64,000 nt of DNA, taken from an uncultured virus (IMG/VR IMGVR_UViG_3300032246_002559). Taxonomy: Duplodnaviria; Heunggongvirae; Uroviricota; Caudoviricetes. Both the position numbers and the translations under genes were made by a program. The notes beneath the pieces were generated by a model that was given only the letters and a program-made list of their open reading frames with translations, did no database searches and was not told where the DNA came from. The first letter of the stretch is position 1. The number at the start of each line of letters is the position of its first letter. The stretch is taken from IMG/VR virus record IMGVR_UViG_3300032246_002559, one strand, 5' to 3'. Of this stretch, positions 26,989-38,600 are shown one piece after another.

Positions 26989-29900
26989 GGTGTTGGTGTC
27001 ACATATTCCTTAGCGTATACCAGATCGTAGGTCTTCTTAGTGACTTTCAGCAATCCGCTTGAGCACACCAGATCAGTTACAAATGCCTGACGTACGGTAG
27101 CGGGTTGATCTGTGGCCAGCACTACATAAAGTTCGGATCCAGGTAAAGGCGCAACAATTACCTTGTATCCCGACTCAACTGGCACGTTCACATAGTTATA
27201 AGCGGTAATGGTCCCGCCAGAGTTCGTCAGAGATACTGATCCTGTTGCTCCGGGAGAAATTTTTCCAGGACTAACGCCCAACTTCACATTGGCTACTGGC
27301 TCTGCCGAGGCATTGCCGACATACCATTTGCCATCCATAGGTACGAATTGGGCAAGAGCATCATCCGCACGTATGACCTGCCCAGTCGAAGTAGGATAAA
27401 TCAGGATAGCCTTGGAAGTTAGCTGGCTGCCCAAATAAATATATCCGGATGTTGGCAGCCCACCACTCGTATCTGCGAGAACCCTGACCTTAGCGGTACC
27501 GTTCCCCGACCATACCTTGCGGAGGTCGTCCCACATTAGATCGACTGGCCCCGCCTTGAGCTTATTGGATTCGTGGCCATTGCCAGTCAAAACGCCCTGT
27601 GGAGCAACACCACCGTTAAAAAGATCTGTGCCGTACCCAATGACTGTGACGGGTCCACGCAGCCCCATGCTGCGTCCTTCAAATGCGCCATCGCCTGCGC
27701 CCTTATATGTATTGATTTCGCAAGGACTGCCATCCGACTGTTGATAGGTCACGACGGCAACGTCAGTCCAGTATGGGTAGGCGACAGTGTTTAACTCGTA
27801 ACTAGTCATGACGCCAGGCACAGCCGCCATCGGCATTTCTACTTTTGGCAATAGCGTATTGTCAGGCAGACTGCGATATTGAATACCATGCTGTACACTT
27901 GAATAATTAGTATTGTACACTGGGCTGCGATAGGGGCGGAATAAAGCGTCTTGACTGACGACAGCGCGATTGGCATATGCCTGGCCGTCAAAAGCAGCAG
28001 TGTTAGCCATCAGTTCATGAAGTGGCGCCGTTTTCACGTTGACGCGCATGCCTGAACCTTCAGGACTGACAAATCCAGCTATGCACTCATGTGGTGTTTG
28101 CACTCGGTGAAATTTGTCGAATGCGCCGGCAGCCATTGCGAGAGAAGCATCTCCGATTGAGGCGCGAGCCACACTCTGTTGGACTCGGGCAGCGTCCACT
28201 TGGAGCTTGTACAAGTTGCGGCGAAGCTGAAGAGAAACCTGACCCGTCTTACGAAGTCGGTCTATCATCTGGCGAGGAACGACGCCAAATCTGGGCGAGT
28301 AGTTCTGGAAACTGTAGGTCGAGGTGATACCAGACATGCCAAAATTGATCTGAATGGAAGTCACGGCTGGGCCGTTTGCTTGAAGAGTCTGCCCCAATGA
28401 AGTCGACGGAAAACCAGGCAGGGTGATCGAACCATTCTCTGTCAGGGCAAGTTGACTGGAGCCGTCGAACAATCGAGCGAGAGCCACCTGATTCATCACT
28501 GACTCAGATCCATAGTTCCATGGTACCAATGCAGTATCAACTTCGACACGAACACGACCTGGGACTGAGGAATAGGTCCAAAAAGGACCATAAGTGTAGC
28601 GGTTACTTTTTAGCGGAATGGCAAATGCTGACGGGTAGACGGGCGGAGGACTCATTCGTGTCTTGGAAGATTCCGCATTCACCTGATAAAAATTGATTGG
28701 AGTTCCCAGCACCGTGCTCACCACAGAATGATCGCCGAACGGATCGAACGCTCGAGAAAAGATAGGGGTTTGAACAGTAACGCGCACAAGCGGCCCACCA
28801 GCGTACAGGATTGGCTCATAGACAATATAGCCGGCAAATGGCGAGACCGTGTAGGGAGTGACAATCGAGGGATAGAGCATCGTTTCAATTCGGTCGCTAA
28901 CCGAAGCCTTGCCGTATACGCCAAGACTATCAAATATGGTGTTCTGAGGATCCTCAATTTTGGCGTTGTTGGTCGTTAGCTGCTGGAACGTGTAAAGAGC
29001 GAACGGCTCAAACTTGTTCTGCTCGTCAGTAAACTGAGACGCAGCCAAGGGCGTAAGACCAAGGGGGGCAGAATCAATTTCCGCAAAAGCCGAACGCACA
29101 ACATCAAACTCATACCGAAGATTAAGAGTTCCAGAAGTTGTGAACGGACTACTTGGGTTGATCGTGGCCTGAGATATACCCAAGCTGACGACGAACTCTT
29201 TGCCCATATGTTGTTGTCCTATTCCCGACAACCACTGAAAAAATCGGCGTCTTAGCTCAGATCGGTCGTAAGTAGCCTCCAGTGAGCGTGCTACCAGAGC
29301 AATTGGATTGGTCTGGACTTGATCGCCCACATTAAATCCGCTTAGGTAGGTTTGGCCGGTGCGATTAGATGCGAAACCTGTCATGGCAAAGAAAACGTCG
29401 GGGCGATACTGCTCGATAAATTCCATCCATGAGTCAATGCCAGCAAGGGCAAATTGAATTTCGAGAGTCGAGCAGAAGTAATAACTTCCTCCGATGACAT
29501 CCTCTACCCCCTGAGCGTAAAGATTCATCATTTCGACTGGGTAATTGATCGTGCCGCCGCCAGTCCGGGAACGCAGGACCATCACTCCAGGATGTCCCAG
29601 AATCATATTTTTGCCGGCGTCATACCCCCAGAACGAGCGAAAGTTGGTTTTGCTGAACATGCCTTCGCGCGGACCGCCGACAAGCATAGCCGCTGTCTGG
29701 TGCCCCTGAGCCATTTCGATGCCATACTCATTTGAAACGGCGTTCGTGCCAGGCGTGTTAACTATGGCTCCGATCGTCCCAAGTACGGGAGCAAATTTGC
29801 GTGAAATAGTACGTATTTTGATCGAATAGCCGACCAGCTCGACGACAAAATCGTAGCCAGCATCTTGGCAGATCTTGGAGATGACATCAAACAAACTTAC

Positions 29901-30512
29901 GACATAGCTGCCCTCGATCCGATAGTAGGGGTCGGGTACTGGCAATTCAGACAAATCAAGGGAATAGAAAATACCGTTGGGAAACTCAAAACTGTTCACT
30001 CCCCAGCACATGGGTCCGCCGTAGGGCGTTTGGAGGGGCTGATTTATTATTGACAGCAGGGCTGAAAAGAAGGTTATCCAAGGCATACCTATGTCGTCCT
30101 GGCCTGAAAAACCGAAGCCGAACGACTCCAAATAGCCATAGACGTTGACTATGTTCCCCACCCCCATAGGAACAGCCCCAGGGTACTGACCGATAATAAC
30201 CTGGGTAGCTTGTAGGATCTCGCGCGGATCGGTAATAACTACCTCATAGGTAAGTCCAGACGTCGCCTTCTTCTTGATGATCTTGGTAAGAATCCCCCCG
30301 AAGTAAAAGGTTCCACAACGGAACCTCATGGGGTGCGAGACTGTGGCGGGGAAGTCATTGTATGTGTAGTCAAAGTTGTCACCCTCCTTGACTAGCGTCA
30401 AACTGAGAGAGCTGCCAGTGTCCCCCCAAGACACGCTGGAGCTTGCCGATTGGACATAAAATCCATTCAGCGTTCGGTTATTGGATCCGTAGAAAATAGA
30501 TGGGTCGGCCAT
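26985..30512 (-). CDS. Large tail tip / baseplate hub-like protein
   Basis: 1175 aa, third gene after the tape measure gene; N-terminal hub-like pattern (SLSLTLV..FGGIL..YEVVITDPR..ISKICQDAGYDF). Confidence 0.6.
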   Translation of the reverse strand: MADPSIFYGSNNRTLNGFYVQSASSSVSWGDTGSSLSLTLVKEGDNFDYTYNDFPATVSHPMRFRCGTFYFGGILTKIIKKKATSGLTYEVVITDPREILQATQVIIGQYPGAVPMGVGNIVNVYGYLESFGFGFSGQDDIGMPWITFFSALLSIINQPLQTPYGGPMCWGVNSFEFPNGIFYSLDLSELPVPDPYYRIEGSYVVSLFDVISKICQDAGYDFVVELVGYSIKIRTISRKFAPVLGTIGAIVNTPGTNAVSNEYGIEMAQGHQTAAMLVGGPREGMFSKTNFRSFWGYDAGKNMILGHPGVMVLRSRTGGGTINYPVEMMNLYAQGVEDVIGGSYYFCSTLEIQFALAGIDSWMEFIEQYRPDVFFAMTGFASNRTGQTYLSGFNVGDQVQTNPIALVARSLEATYDRSELRRRFFQWLSGIGQQHMGKEFVVSLGISQATINPSSPFTTSGTLNLRYEFDVVRSAFAEIDSAPLGLTPLAASQFTDEQNKFEPFALYTFQQLTTNNAKIEDPQNTIFDSLGVYGKASVSDRIETMLYPSIVTPYTVSPFAGYIVYEPILYAGGPLVRVTVQTPIFSRAFDPFGDHSVVSTVLGTPINFYQVNAESSKTRMSPPPVYPSAFAIPLKSNRYTYGPFWTYSSVPGRVRVEVDTALVPWNYGSESVMNQVALARLFDGSSQLALTENGSITLPGFPSTSLGQTLQANGPAVTSIQINFGMSGITSTYSFQNYSPRFGVVPRQMIDRLRKTGQVSLQLRRNLYKLQVDAARVQQSVARASIGDASLAMAAGAFDKFHRVQTPHECIAGFVSPEGSGMRVNVKTAPLHELMANTAAFDGQAYANRAVVSQDALFRPYRSPVYNTNYSSVQHGIQYRSLPDNTLLPKVEMPMAAVPGVMTSYELNTVAYPYWTDVAVVTYQQSDGSPCEINTYKGAGDGAFEGRSMGLRGPVTVIGYGTDLFNGGVAPQGVLTGNGHESNKLKAGPVDLMWDDLRKVWSGNGTAKVRVLADTSGGLPTSGYIYLGSQLTSKAILIYPTSTGQVIRADDALAQFVPMDGKWYVGNASAEPVANVKLGVSPGKISPGATGSVSLTNSGGTITAYNYVNVPVESGYKVIVAPLPGSELYVVLATDQPATVRQAFVTDLVCSSGLLKVTKKTYDLVYAKEYVTPTP

Positions 30513-30515
30513 TGT

Positions 30516-32093
30516 TTAGTTGCCGTAAGCGTAGGTAAGGGAAAGTTGGTACTTGCCCGTGAAGGGATTGAAATTTTCCGTCACCTTGTCGAGGAAGATG
30601 GCGGAGGCCGTTGGGTAAAGTCCGATGGACGAAATGTAAGCCACTACCGTATTACGAGAGGGCCGAGTGGCCACGCCGTTGACCGCGTTGACCGTAATAT
30701 CCACGGTGATATCTCGCGTCTTCTTCGTGCTCGACCCAAGGTTCTGATAAACTGGTCCGTCTATGCGACCCAGCACATCGATAGCAGCATAAGTGCCAGT
30801 ACCGCCATTATCAGTGTAAGTTACATCCACCATCCTAGCGTTGGGGATGGATCCCGGAATCGGCTTGGAGGTGAACTCCAAGGTATAAGTGATAGTGCCT
30901 GCGATCTTATTGTGACCAATTGTGACCTGAATCGGTGGTGCAGTGAGCGACGCACTTGTGCGTTCGGAAGCTCTCGTCCTAAAGTGGGCGTAGTTGTTTG
31001 CGATGAGCTGGTCAACCTTCGTTTTGGCGGCATTATAGCGAACAGACGGCGACACAAAAGCCGCCTCGGTGACGGACCTTAACCCAACAATGGTCCCCTC
31101 TATAGAGACGGTGATAACGGCGCTTTCGGCCGAGTCACGAACCTGCACTGTGTACTCCTCGAGTGCGGGGATCAGGCCACCAGCGGCTGAAGAACCAAGG
31201 CTGTCTGGATTGACTGTCGCCAGGTCGGCCAGAGTCCATTTCTCGGTGACAGCGAAGCGGCCGCCGGCCTGATTGCTTTGAATACTGCGGGTGGCATTGT
31301 AGGGGACGACATTAGTGCCGCCGAGTCCGAAGTAGGCCATTTGCGCAGCAGCATTGTTGATCAGTAGGCGGGTTGCAGGATTCGTCGCCAGAGCGGTGTT
31401 GTCGCTGACCGAATCATCCCCGCCAATCTTCTTCAGGACCGCCTTTCGCGCAATCTCAAAACCAGGAACCATCCGATTTTCGCCCGTTATCCATCGCGTG
31501 GTTGCTTGGGCACTGGCGGTGTGCGTCAGCGCGTAGGTCCGAAGATTTTCATCCGGCTCGATATTCCATTCTTCCTCAACGCCTATATCGTCTTCATTAT
31601 CAAGCCCCAGGGTGTTCATGCCGACCTTAACAAAGTCAGCCTCGAGGTTGATAGTATACTCAAAATAGTCTGTCCATGGACCCTCGGGAATCTCTATCGA
31701 TTTTAATCTAGGGTAACATACAATCGAGGAGGTGGCGCCAGAGGCATCCCAAGGCGTGACCTGAAGTGAAGTGCGAGCCGTTTCAGCCAAGGGTGTGGGT
31801 GGCTTAAACAAATTATTCAACTGACCGATCTTCTGTTGGAGATTGGCTTGCCGATTATTACCGGACACGTTGGTGCCAGCAGCATTATTCAGCGTGATCA
31901 GGTCGTTTGTACTGGTACCCGCAGCGTCGAGGATGCCCCCCTTAGCCACGAGCATGCGCCCCCTCAGCGTGATATTGAAAAGGTAGCGCTTAACCCTCCC
32001 ATCCTCAAAACGGTCGATCTGCGTGCCGATCGACACGAAAGGAGCGGGAGATATGATCTTCTCTTGGCCCTGCTGGCCGTACAATACCGGCAT
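30516..32093 (-). CDS. Distal tail / tail tip protein
   Basis: 525 aa beta-rich repeats (YTINLEA, YTLEF), position downstream of the tape measure gene. Confidence 0.5.
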   Translation of the reverse strand: MPVLYGQQGQEKIISPAPFVSIGTQIDRFEDGRVKRYLFNITLRGRMLVAKGGILDAAGTSTNDLITLNNAAGTNVSGNNRQANLQQKIGQLNNLFKPPTPLAETARTSLQVTPWDASGATSSIVCYPRLKSIEIPEGPWTDYFEYTINLEADFVKVGMNTLGLDNEDDIGVEEEWNIEPDENLRTYALTHTASAQATTRWITGENRMVPGFEIARKAVLKKIGGDDSVSDNTALATNPATRLLINNAAAQMAYFGLGGTNVVPYNATRSIQSNQAGGRFAVTEKWTLADLATVNPDSLGSSAAGGLIPALEEYTVQVRDSAESAVITVSIEGTIVGLRSVTEAAFVSPSVRYNAAKTKVDQLIANNYAHFRTRASERTSASLTAPPIQVTIGHNKIAGTITYTLEFTSKPIPGSIPNARMVDVTYTDNGGTGTYAAIDVLGRIDGPVYQNLGSSTKKTRDITVDITVNAVNGVATRPSRNTVVAYISSIGLYPTASAIFLDKVTENFNPFTGKYQLSLTYAYGN

Positions 32094-32692
32094 CAGAAAC
32101 CCTCCGATATCAGGGGAAGGGCGCTAGTAGTCGCGCCTGTACCTGCTGTCACAAGCGTGACGAATTCGTTCAGCCCAAGAGGACCTTCTAAGTACAGTAC
32201 GCATGAACCGGTAGCCTCCAGAGCATATCCGGAGACGGTCAGCGGCAAAGAAGCAGCTTGCCCCTCCGTGCGCCAAATCACCAGATTGAGCGACGACGTA
32301 AAGACTTCACCAGCAAGGAATAGCGACAGACTGCTCCCCATAAGATCCTCGGCTGTTCGTACGGTGTGTAGAGGTAGCGATCCGGATAACCTTTCCCCCC
32401 CACCCTCAACGAATAAATTCATGTTCCTCTGAGAGGGGGAAATAGTACATTCGATGTACAGATTCAGGGTTGCGCCGTAGACTTTCCCAGTGACGACGAG
32501 AGGCAAGACTTTGGCCACTCCCGACGTGACCCCCAAAGTGTGCAGGGGGAGATACCCCTCCTGGGCATCTGGCTCCTGCACCTTTAGGAATAGGTTGAGT
32601 GGTTGCCAACTCAACGACTCTCCGCCAAACCCGAGGACAATACCTCCAGGGGCAGCAAGAATTTCGGAGAGCGTTCCAATGAAGACACTCAT
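32093..32692 (-). CDS. Putative virion protein with LNL/LPL repeats
   Basis: About ten ~14-aa repeats with an L(N/P/S)L(F/Y/H/V) core; overlaps the tape measure stop. Confidence 0.5.
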   Translation of the reverse strand: MSVFIGTLSEILAAPGGIVLGFGGESLSWQPLNLFLKVQEPDAQEGYLPLHTLGVTSGVAKVLPLVVTGKVYGATLNLYIECTISPSQRNMNLFVEGGGERLSGSLPLHTVRTAEDLMGSSLSLFLAGEVFTSSLNLVIWRTEGQAASLPLTVSGYALEATGSCVLYLEGPLGLNEFVTLVTAGTGATTSALPLISEGF

Positions 32693-35600
32693 GAAGACCT
32701 CTGTTCGACAGGCTGACTGTTGCGAATGGCATCCGCAATCATCGGGCCGAGAGCTTCGGTTACCGCGCGAACAATCGAATCCTGACCCATGATGTTTACC
32801 GAGATGTCATTGGCGCCTGATAGGGTTATCTCCTCAGGGATCTTGGAGACAGCCTCATCGAAGCGCGCTACAAACTCGCCGAACGTGCCTACTGATTGGC
32901 CGAAGGCGTTGATCGAGTTCGAGAAGCCGGAGAGACCCTGACCAATCTGAGCAGCCGCTTGATTGAACCGATTGGCAGCATCCATGATGTCGACGGAAGA
33001 CCCAGCAGCACCTCCTCCAACGACACCACCAGAAGCAAACTTCTGCACCTGATGTTTGGGAATGACAAGCTCCCCAGGCGTCAGCAGGGCCGGAACACTA
33101 TCATGAGACCCAGTCCCGGGTACGATCCCTCCAGAGGCCATGCCCAGGGGTGTTCGAGGTCGCAACCTTGGCCTCGGTGGTAGTTCTGGTTTTACTTCTT
33201 CCTTTGTGCCAGACCGAAAATCATCCACATTTTTATCAAAAGCATTTTTCATTCGTCCCGATATCAGACTGTAGAAATTACCACCAATCCTGGCCTTGTT
33301 TTCATCATCTAGTCCCTCTTCGAGAATATATCCTGCCTTTCTCCCGGCCTCGTACCGGGCGCGATTAAGATTAAACAAATCTTTAGCTGGGTCGGGAGCA
33401 AGACCAGGCTTAATGCTGTTCGCTACATCAAAGCCTTTAAGGTTGACCATTTGATCATATGCCTGGGCCATGAAAAGAAAACTGCCGCCTTCTTTAGCTT
33501 TGCCTTCTTGAACAAGCCTCTTATAGCCAAGAACATCGGTTGCGTTGAATCCAGAAGCAGCCAGATCGTCTATTTGCTTAATTTCTGCATCATTTGGATA
33601 GCGTCCGACCAGACCAGCAGCCTGAAGAGCGTCCTTAATAATTCTATTTCGTCCCAACGGAGGAAGAAATCCCCTATAACCTTTTATTGCTTCTGCATTA
33701 GGACCACGCCCCGCTAGACCCTCTTCTATTTTTTTGACACTTGCGGTATAATCTGGTCGCACAAATTTTTCTACCGCACGATCGTGATTTCTCCTGGCTA
33801 TTTGCTCAGCCTCAGCTTCTTGCTTCGCTCGTTCTTCTGGTGAACCAGGCACGCGCTCTGGCTTGTGTTCTGTCATATGAGCAAATTTTGCTGCTTCAGC
33901 TTTAGCCTTTTCTCTCTCCTCTTCAGTCCTTGCATTACGCTGATTGGCTTCCAGGTGATGCTTGTTGGCGGCCGCTCTCGCTGGGTCAAGATCCCAAGCC
34001 TTGGTTGCCTCTCTTTTTTCTTCTAGCTTACGATGATGTTCGTTAATTGGGTCACGGTTTTTTTGCTCTCTCTCCCTATCTTTCCTTATCGCCTCGCCAA
34101 AAATTTCCTCTTTAAGTGCGGCGAGTGGAGCATCGACTTCGACCCTTGCTGGCCCAGCATTGTTTTGCGCTGGAGCAACAGGAGCAGCGGCAGCAGCCCG
34201 CTGCCTAATCTCTTCTTTTCTTTGTGCTGCCACGCGACCAAGTGCTTTCTGGGCCGCACCTGGACCGAACAGAGCGTTCGCCGTGTTCGCAGCGTACCGC
34301 ATCTGATTAAGTCGCTCCAGAGCCTTACGTCTTTCAAACTTGTCGGCCTTGGTGTCGCGCACAAGCTTCTGTAATGCCTGCGCCTCATCAAAAAACTTGG
34401 CCGGATCACTTTCTAAGGTTGTCAGTGCGTCCCCGATCGACTCCTGTTGTCGTCGGATATCTTCCTTGATAATCTCAGGATTATTGAGGGCGGAATATAG
34501 AGAACGGTATTCTGCCAATTCGTCGCGGTCCCGCATCGATGACGGGGACTTCAGTAGCTTGGCTCGCAACTCAAAAAACTTATGACGCATCAACGTGATG
34601 TCGTCATTGTACTTCGCTCGAGCTAGTCGCGCCTCGTTAGTCGCGGCCACGTCTCGAGCCGCAATTCTGTCGTTGACAACTTTCTCGACGGCCTTTTCAA
34701 GCGGATTAAGCTTTTTTTCCTGTTGCTGTGCTTGATTGGCTGGGACTTGGATCCAGGCCATACCTGGTGCCGGAGCCGGCATTGCGGCAAAGCCGCCCGC
34801 TGCACCGCCGACAGCGCCCCCGAACTGAAATCTCGGAAGCTTACCAGTCTTGTTCATACTGTCGAGACGACCATGTCCGATTGCGGCTGCTTGCTTGGGA
34901 CCAAACACATACTCTCCCGGCATCACCATAGCCGGAACTACGCCACCTGATGCGTAGTGATCCATAGAAGCAAGACTGGAGGCGCCAATAGAATTGACGG
35001 AAGACTTACGAACAACGAAGCTGCCTGGGGCCAGGTGCGCATAAACCGAATCAGTGTTGCCGCTCCCGGGAACCACGCCTCCTGAAGCAAACCCGGGAAG
35101 CTGTCTCTTGAGGGTTTTTGGATCAGCATTTTTGAAAATTTCAGATGCGGGCTTGGACCTATATCCTAGCAGCATCTCAATAATATTGGCTTCTGTGGCA
35201 TAGCTGTAAGCACCATTCGCCTTGGCTTCATCTAAATGCTTGGAGACAAACTCAGGATTGACCTGAGCAAATCTCTGATATCGCAAAAATTTTATTTTGT
35301 TGTTGGGGTCGGTAAGTTGATCCAGAGCTTGCTTTCGCCCCTGAATATCCAACTGAGCCAGGAAGAGTGACATCTCAGCAGAATTGACGGCACCATCCCC
35401 TTTGTTGATTTTCTCGCCTACGGATGAAGCCTTCGTCAATCTTTCTACAAAGATCTCGGCCGCGGCTCGCTCAAGCGCCGCCATCTTAGGCATATTTTCC
35501 ACGAGACGTTTGATTTCACCGTGATCAATGTCTTCCAAGTCTTTTCTGATATGAAGATTGCCGCTTAGCCTTAGCAGCTCCATCTCTCCGCCATTTAGTT

Positions 35601-38600
35601 TGTTGCCCAAGATCTTACTTTTCATCTGGTCGACAGCTCTGGCCTGGACTCCGGCGGACAAGCGGTTAAAAGCTTGGGCGTGTTGTGCGTTTAGTTGCGC
35701 CATACTAACACTGGCAGATTCTTTAGGGCCGAAATCCTCCGCCTTCATGCCGCTCAAAATATTCTGAATCCTTTCGGTAGGAGAAGAAAAAGCATCGGAC
35801 CGCGCATCTTTGCCTTCCTTGATTGCCTTTTCTAGATTGGAAGGGAACCATTCAAACTTCTTAGTTGACTTAATTTTCTCGACAATCGCTGCGTCGAGAT
35901 CAAACTTAAACTTGTCCTTCTGACCAAGTTGATCGCGATAGCCCGCCAGCATGTCTTCGGCAAAGTTATCGCTAGTCGGTTTGCCATCCGTCAACCTCGC
36001 TACCTGCTTAGGTATCCAGTTATTGTCAAAGAAAGCGGACAGATCCTCCTCGTAGAACTTCCGCTTCAGTTCCTTGTCAACCTCATCTCTTGTGGGTCTA
36101 TTGGCAGTGATATTTGTCTTTTTCTTCTTCTTCCACAGCTCGACCTCTGTGTTCGATCTCGTGAACTTGCGCCCTTCACCTAAATCAGGAGCAAGCAAGG
36201 ATTCGCCAAATTCGCCCATCACTATCGGTTTCATTTCTGGTCCAAGCGACTCGAAAGTATCACGGAAAGCACGGTCCTCACGCGTCCGCTTTGATAAAAG
36301 ACTTTCTCTGAACCATGCGTATTTTCCCTCAGTTTTACCGTTAGCAATTTGCCAATCGAGACCATTGATGTCGTTTTTTCCAATATTTTTTTCCCACCCC
36401 CCAATCCTCGGCAGCGATTCCGAACTTTTTCCGTAGAAATCATATTGCTCGCCAATGGCTTCATTGAGAAGAGGTTCTGATTCAAATCCAGGAGTAACCA
36501 TAGCCTGAGCAATAGACCAACGAATCTTTGTGTCGTAGTACCACTTCAGCGCATCCTTATCGGTAACTAGGGCTTTACTTTTCGCTGCTTCGTTTAAATC
36601 GTTATCATTAAGAACCTTTTTGAGACCAAACAGTGCGTCATGCATTCCCTCTTGCGACGGCGTTTTTTTGCCAATTTTTTCAAGTTCAGCCAGTCGCGAG
36701 ACAATCTCTTTTGGGCGATCTGCAGGAGGCTTTGCGAGAATTGCGTCGAAAACAGTTTTCGCCCCCTCTTCCATGAGTATCCATTCGGACATTTGTCGCA
36801 AATCTTTGATTCTGTTTGGATTGACGTAGTCCTGATTGTGTCTGTCTAGTAGTCCTTGTGCTACGACGCCGCCCTCGCCAAAACGCGGTAATTCCCCACG
36901 ATTGATCTGTTCCAGCAGAGAACGATGCTTTTGTGCCGGGCCGGAAGAAACAACAAACTCGTCGGGAGCGATGCGGGCATTAACCGTGTCCGCTGGATGA
37001 GCCGTCGTACTGCCTCCAGCACCCCAGCCACCCTTATTGAAAAATCGAACGGCCCCGCCGGCGGCAAGGCCACCAGGCTTGCCGATAGCTTCGAGCGACT
37101 TCTTAGCCTCTTCTAGAGCGGTATTGAGTTCAACAAACTTGCGGTTTGTGGAATCGACAGCCGAGACTGCGTCTTTGAGAGAAGACAAGGTGATAACGCC
37201 GCCAGCTCGATTGGCTGCGTCAATAATTTTATCGATGATTTCTGGGGCGATCATGCCGCTTCTTTCGAGTTCACCTTTGGCCTTAGACATTTCCGATCGC
37301 GATTCGTTGATGCGTGTCCAAGTCAAGTCTTTGACGGCCTTAGAGAACATCTCGGCAATACCATCAGTATTATTGCCTATGGTGCCCCTCAAATTTGATT
37401 CGTTAACCATCTCCTGGAGAATCAACAGCAACTTTTTCTGATCTGCCGCATCAGTGAATCCTCTTTCCGCAAATTGACTCATGATCGTTGCCGCCGCCCC
37501 GCCAGAGGCAAGGTTCCGAACGGACGTTCCTCCAACCGTTTCGGAAAGAACTTTAGCAAAATCTCCCGACTGTGAAATGGCAGTTTTTTCTCTCTGGTCA
37601 AATACTGAAACATTCCGACCCGCAGCGAATATCCTTTGGAGCTGATCTCCGCTCTTGAGAGTATTTTTGATGGCTTCAAACTGCGGCTCTGTCTGTATTC
37701 CAATCTGTCCGAGCATCGAGGATTTACCGACCTGCTTTTCTAATTCTCCAACGCGAGAAGCAGCCTGCAGGCGAAGACTTTCCGTCAGCAGGCGACTATT
37801 GTCAGCCATAGACTTGGCAAGCTGAGCCAAGAAGGCGTCCTGGCTGGCCGTCAGACGGTTAAAGAACTCCGCTTGTAAGTTGGCTTGAAGTTCCACCTGA
37901 AGCTGTGCGGCCCGTGCTGCTGTCTCATAGTTGTTCTGTACAAAATTTTCAAGCGCCCGCTCCATAGCAGCCGTTTGTGGGTCGAGATCAAACGCGCCCC
38001 CAAACGTGGTGGTCATCAGACTGTTAGTTAATTCCTTAACTGTAGTCCCGCCGAGACCTTGCAATCTCATTTGCGGCGACAAAGAGGAAAGCAGGCTGAA
38101 GATCTGATTCTGTTCTTTTATTCCAAATGGGGCGGCGGTACCTATACGCGCAGCCTGAGTCAGAAGCTGGAAGGACCTGGCAATCTCGGTCCGCCCCTCG
38201 GAGTTAGCGGTGGCGTATCGCATTCCGAGAGCCTGGCGACCTTCTCGATCAGCCTGAATTTTGCCTAGCTTTTCCTGGGCTGCAGCCGATCGTTCGGAAG
38301 CGTCCGTCAAATTCTTCAGAGCCTGACTGAGATCAGCAGCTTTGGTCTTGAGATTAGTGAGCTGAATCGCTGCGGCGTTCTGCTCGTTGATATCTCCGCC
38401 TCGACTTGCATTTTCTATCCGTTTTTCCGCCCTGCCAATATCACCGAACGTCCCTCGGAGTTTGTTTGCGATGAAGTCGGGGTCCTGGGCGCTAGCACCG
38501 AACGTGCCGGTCAATCTACTCTGTCGTTCCTGCTGCAATCGCAGCGAGGACGCAAGATTCATCATGTCCCCATCTTGCTCGCTGATATTGCGGCGACGGA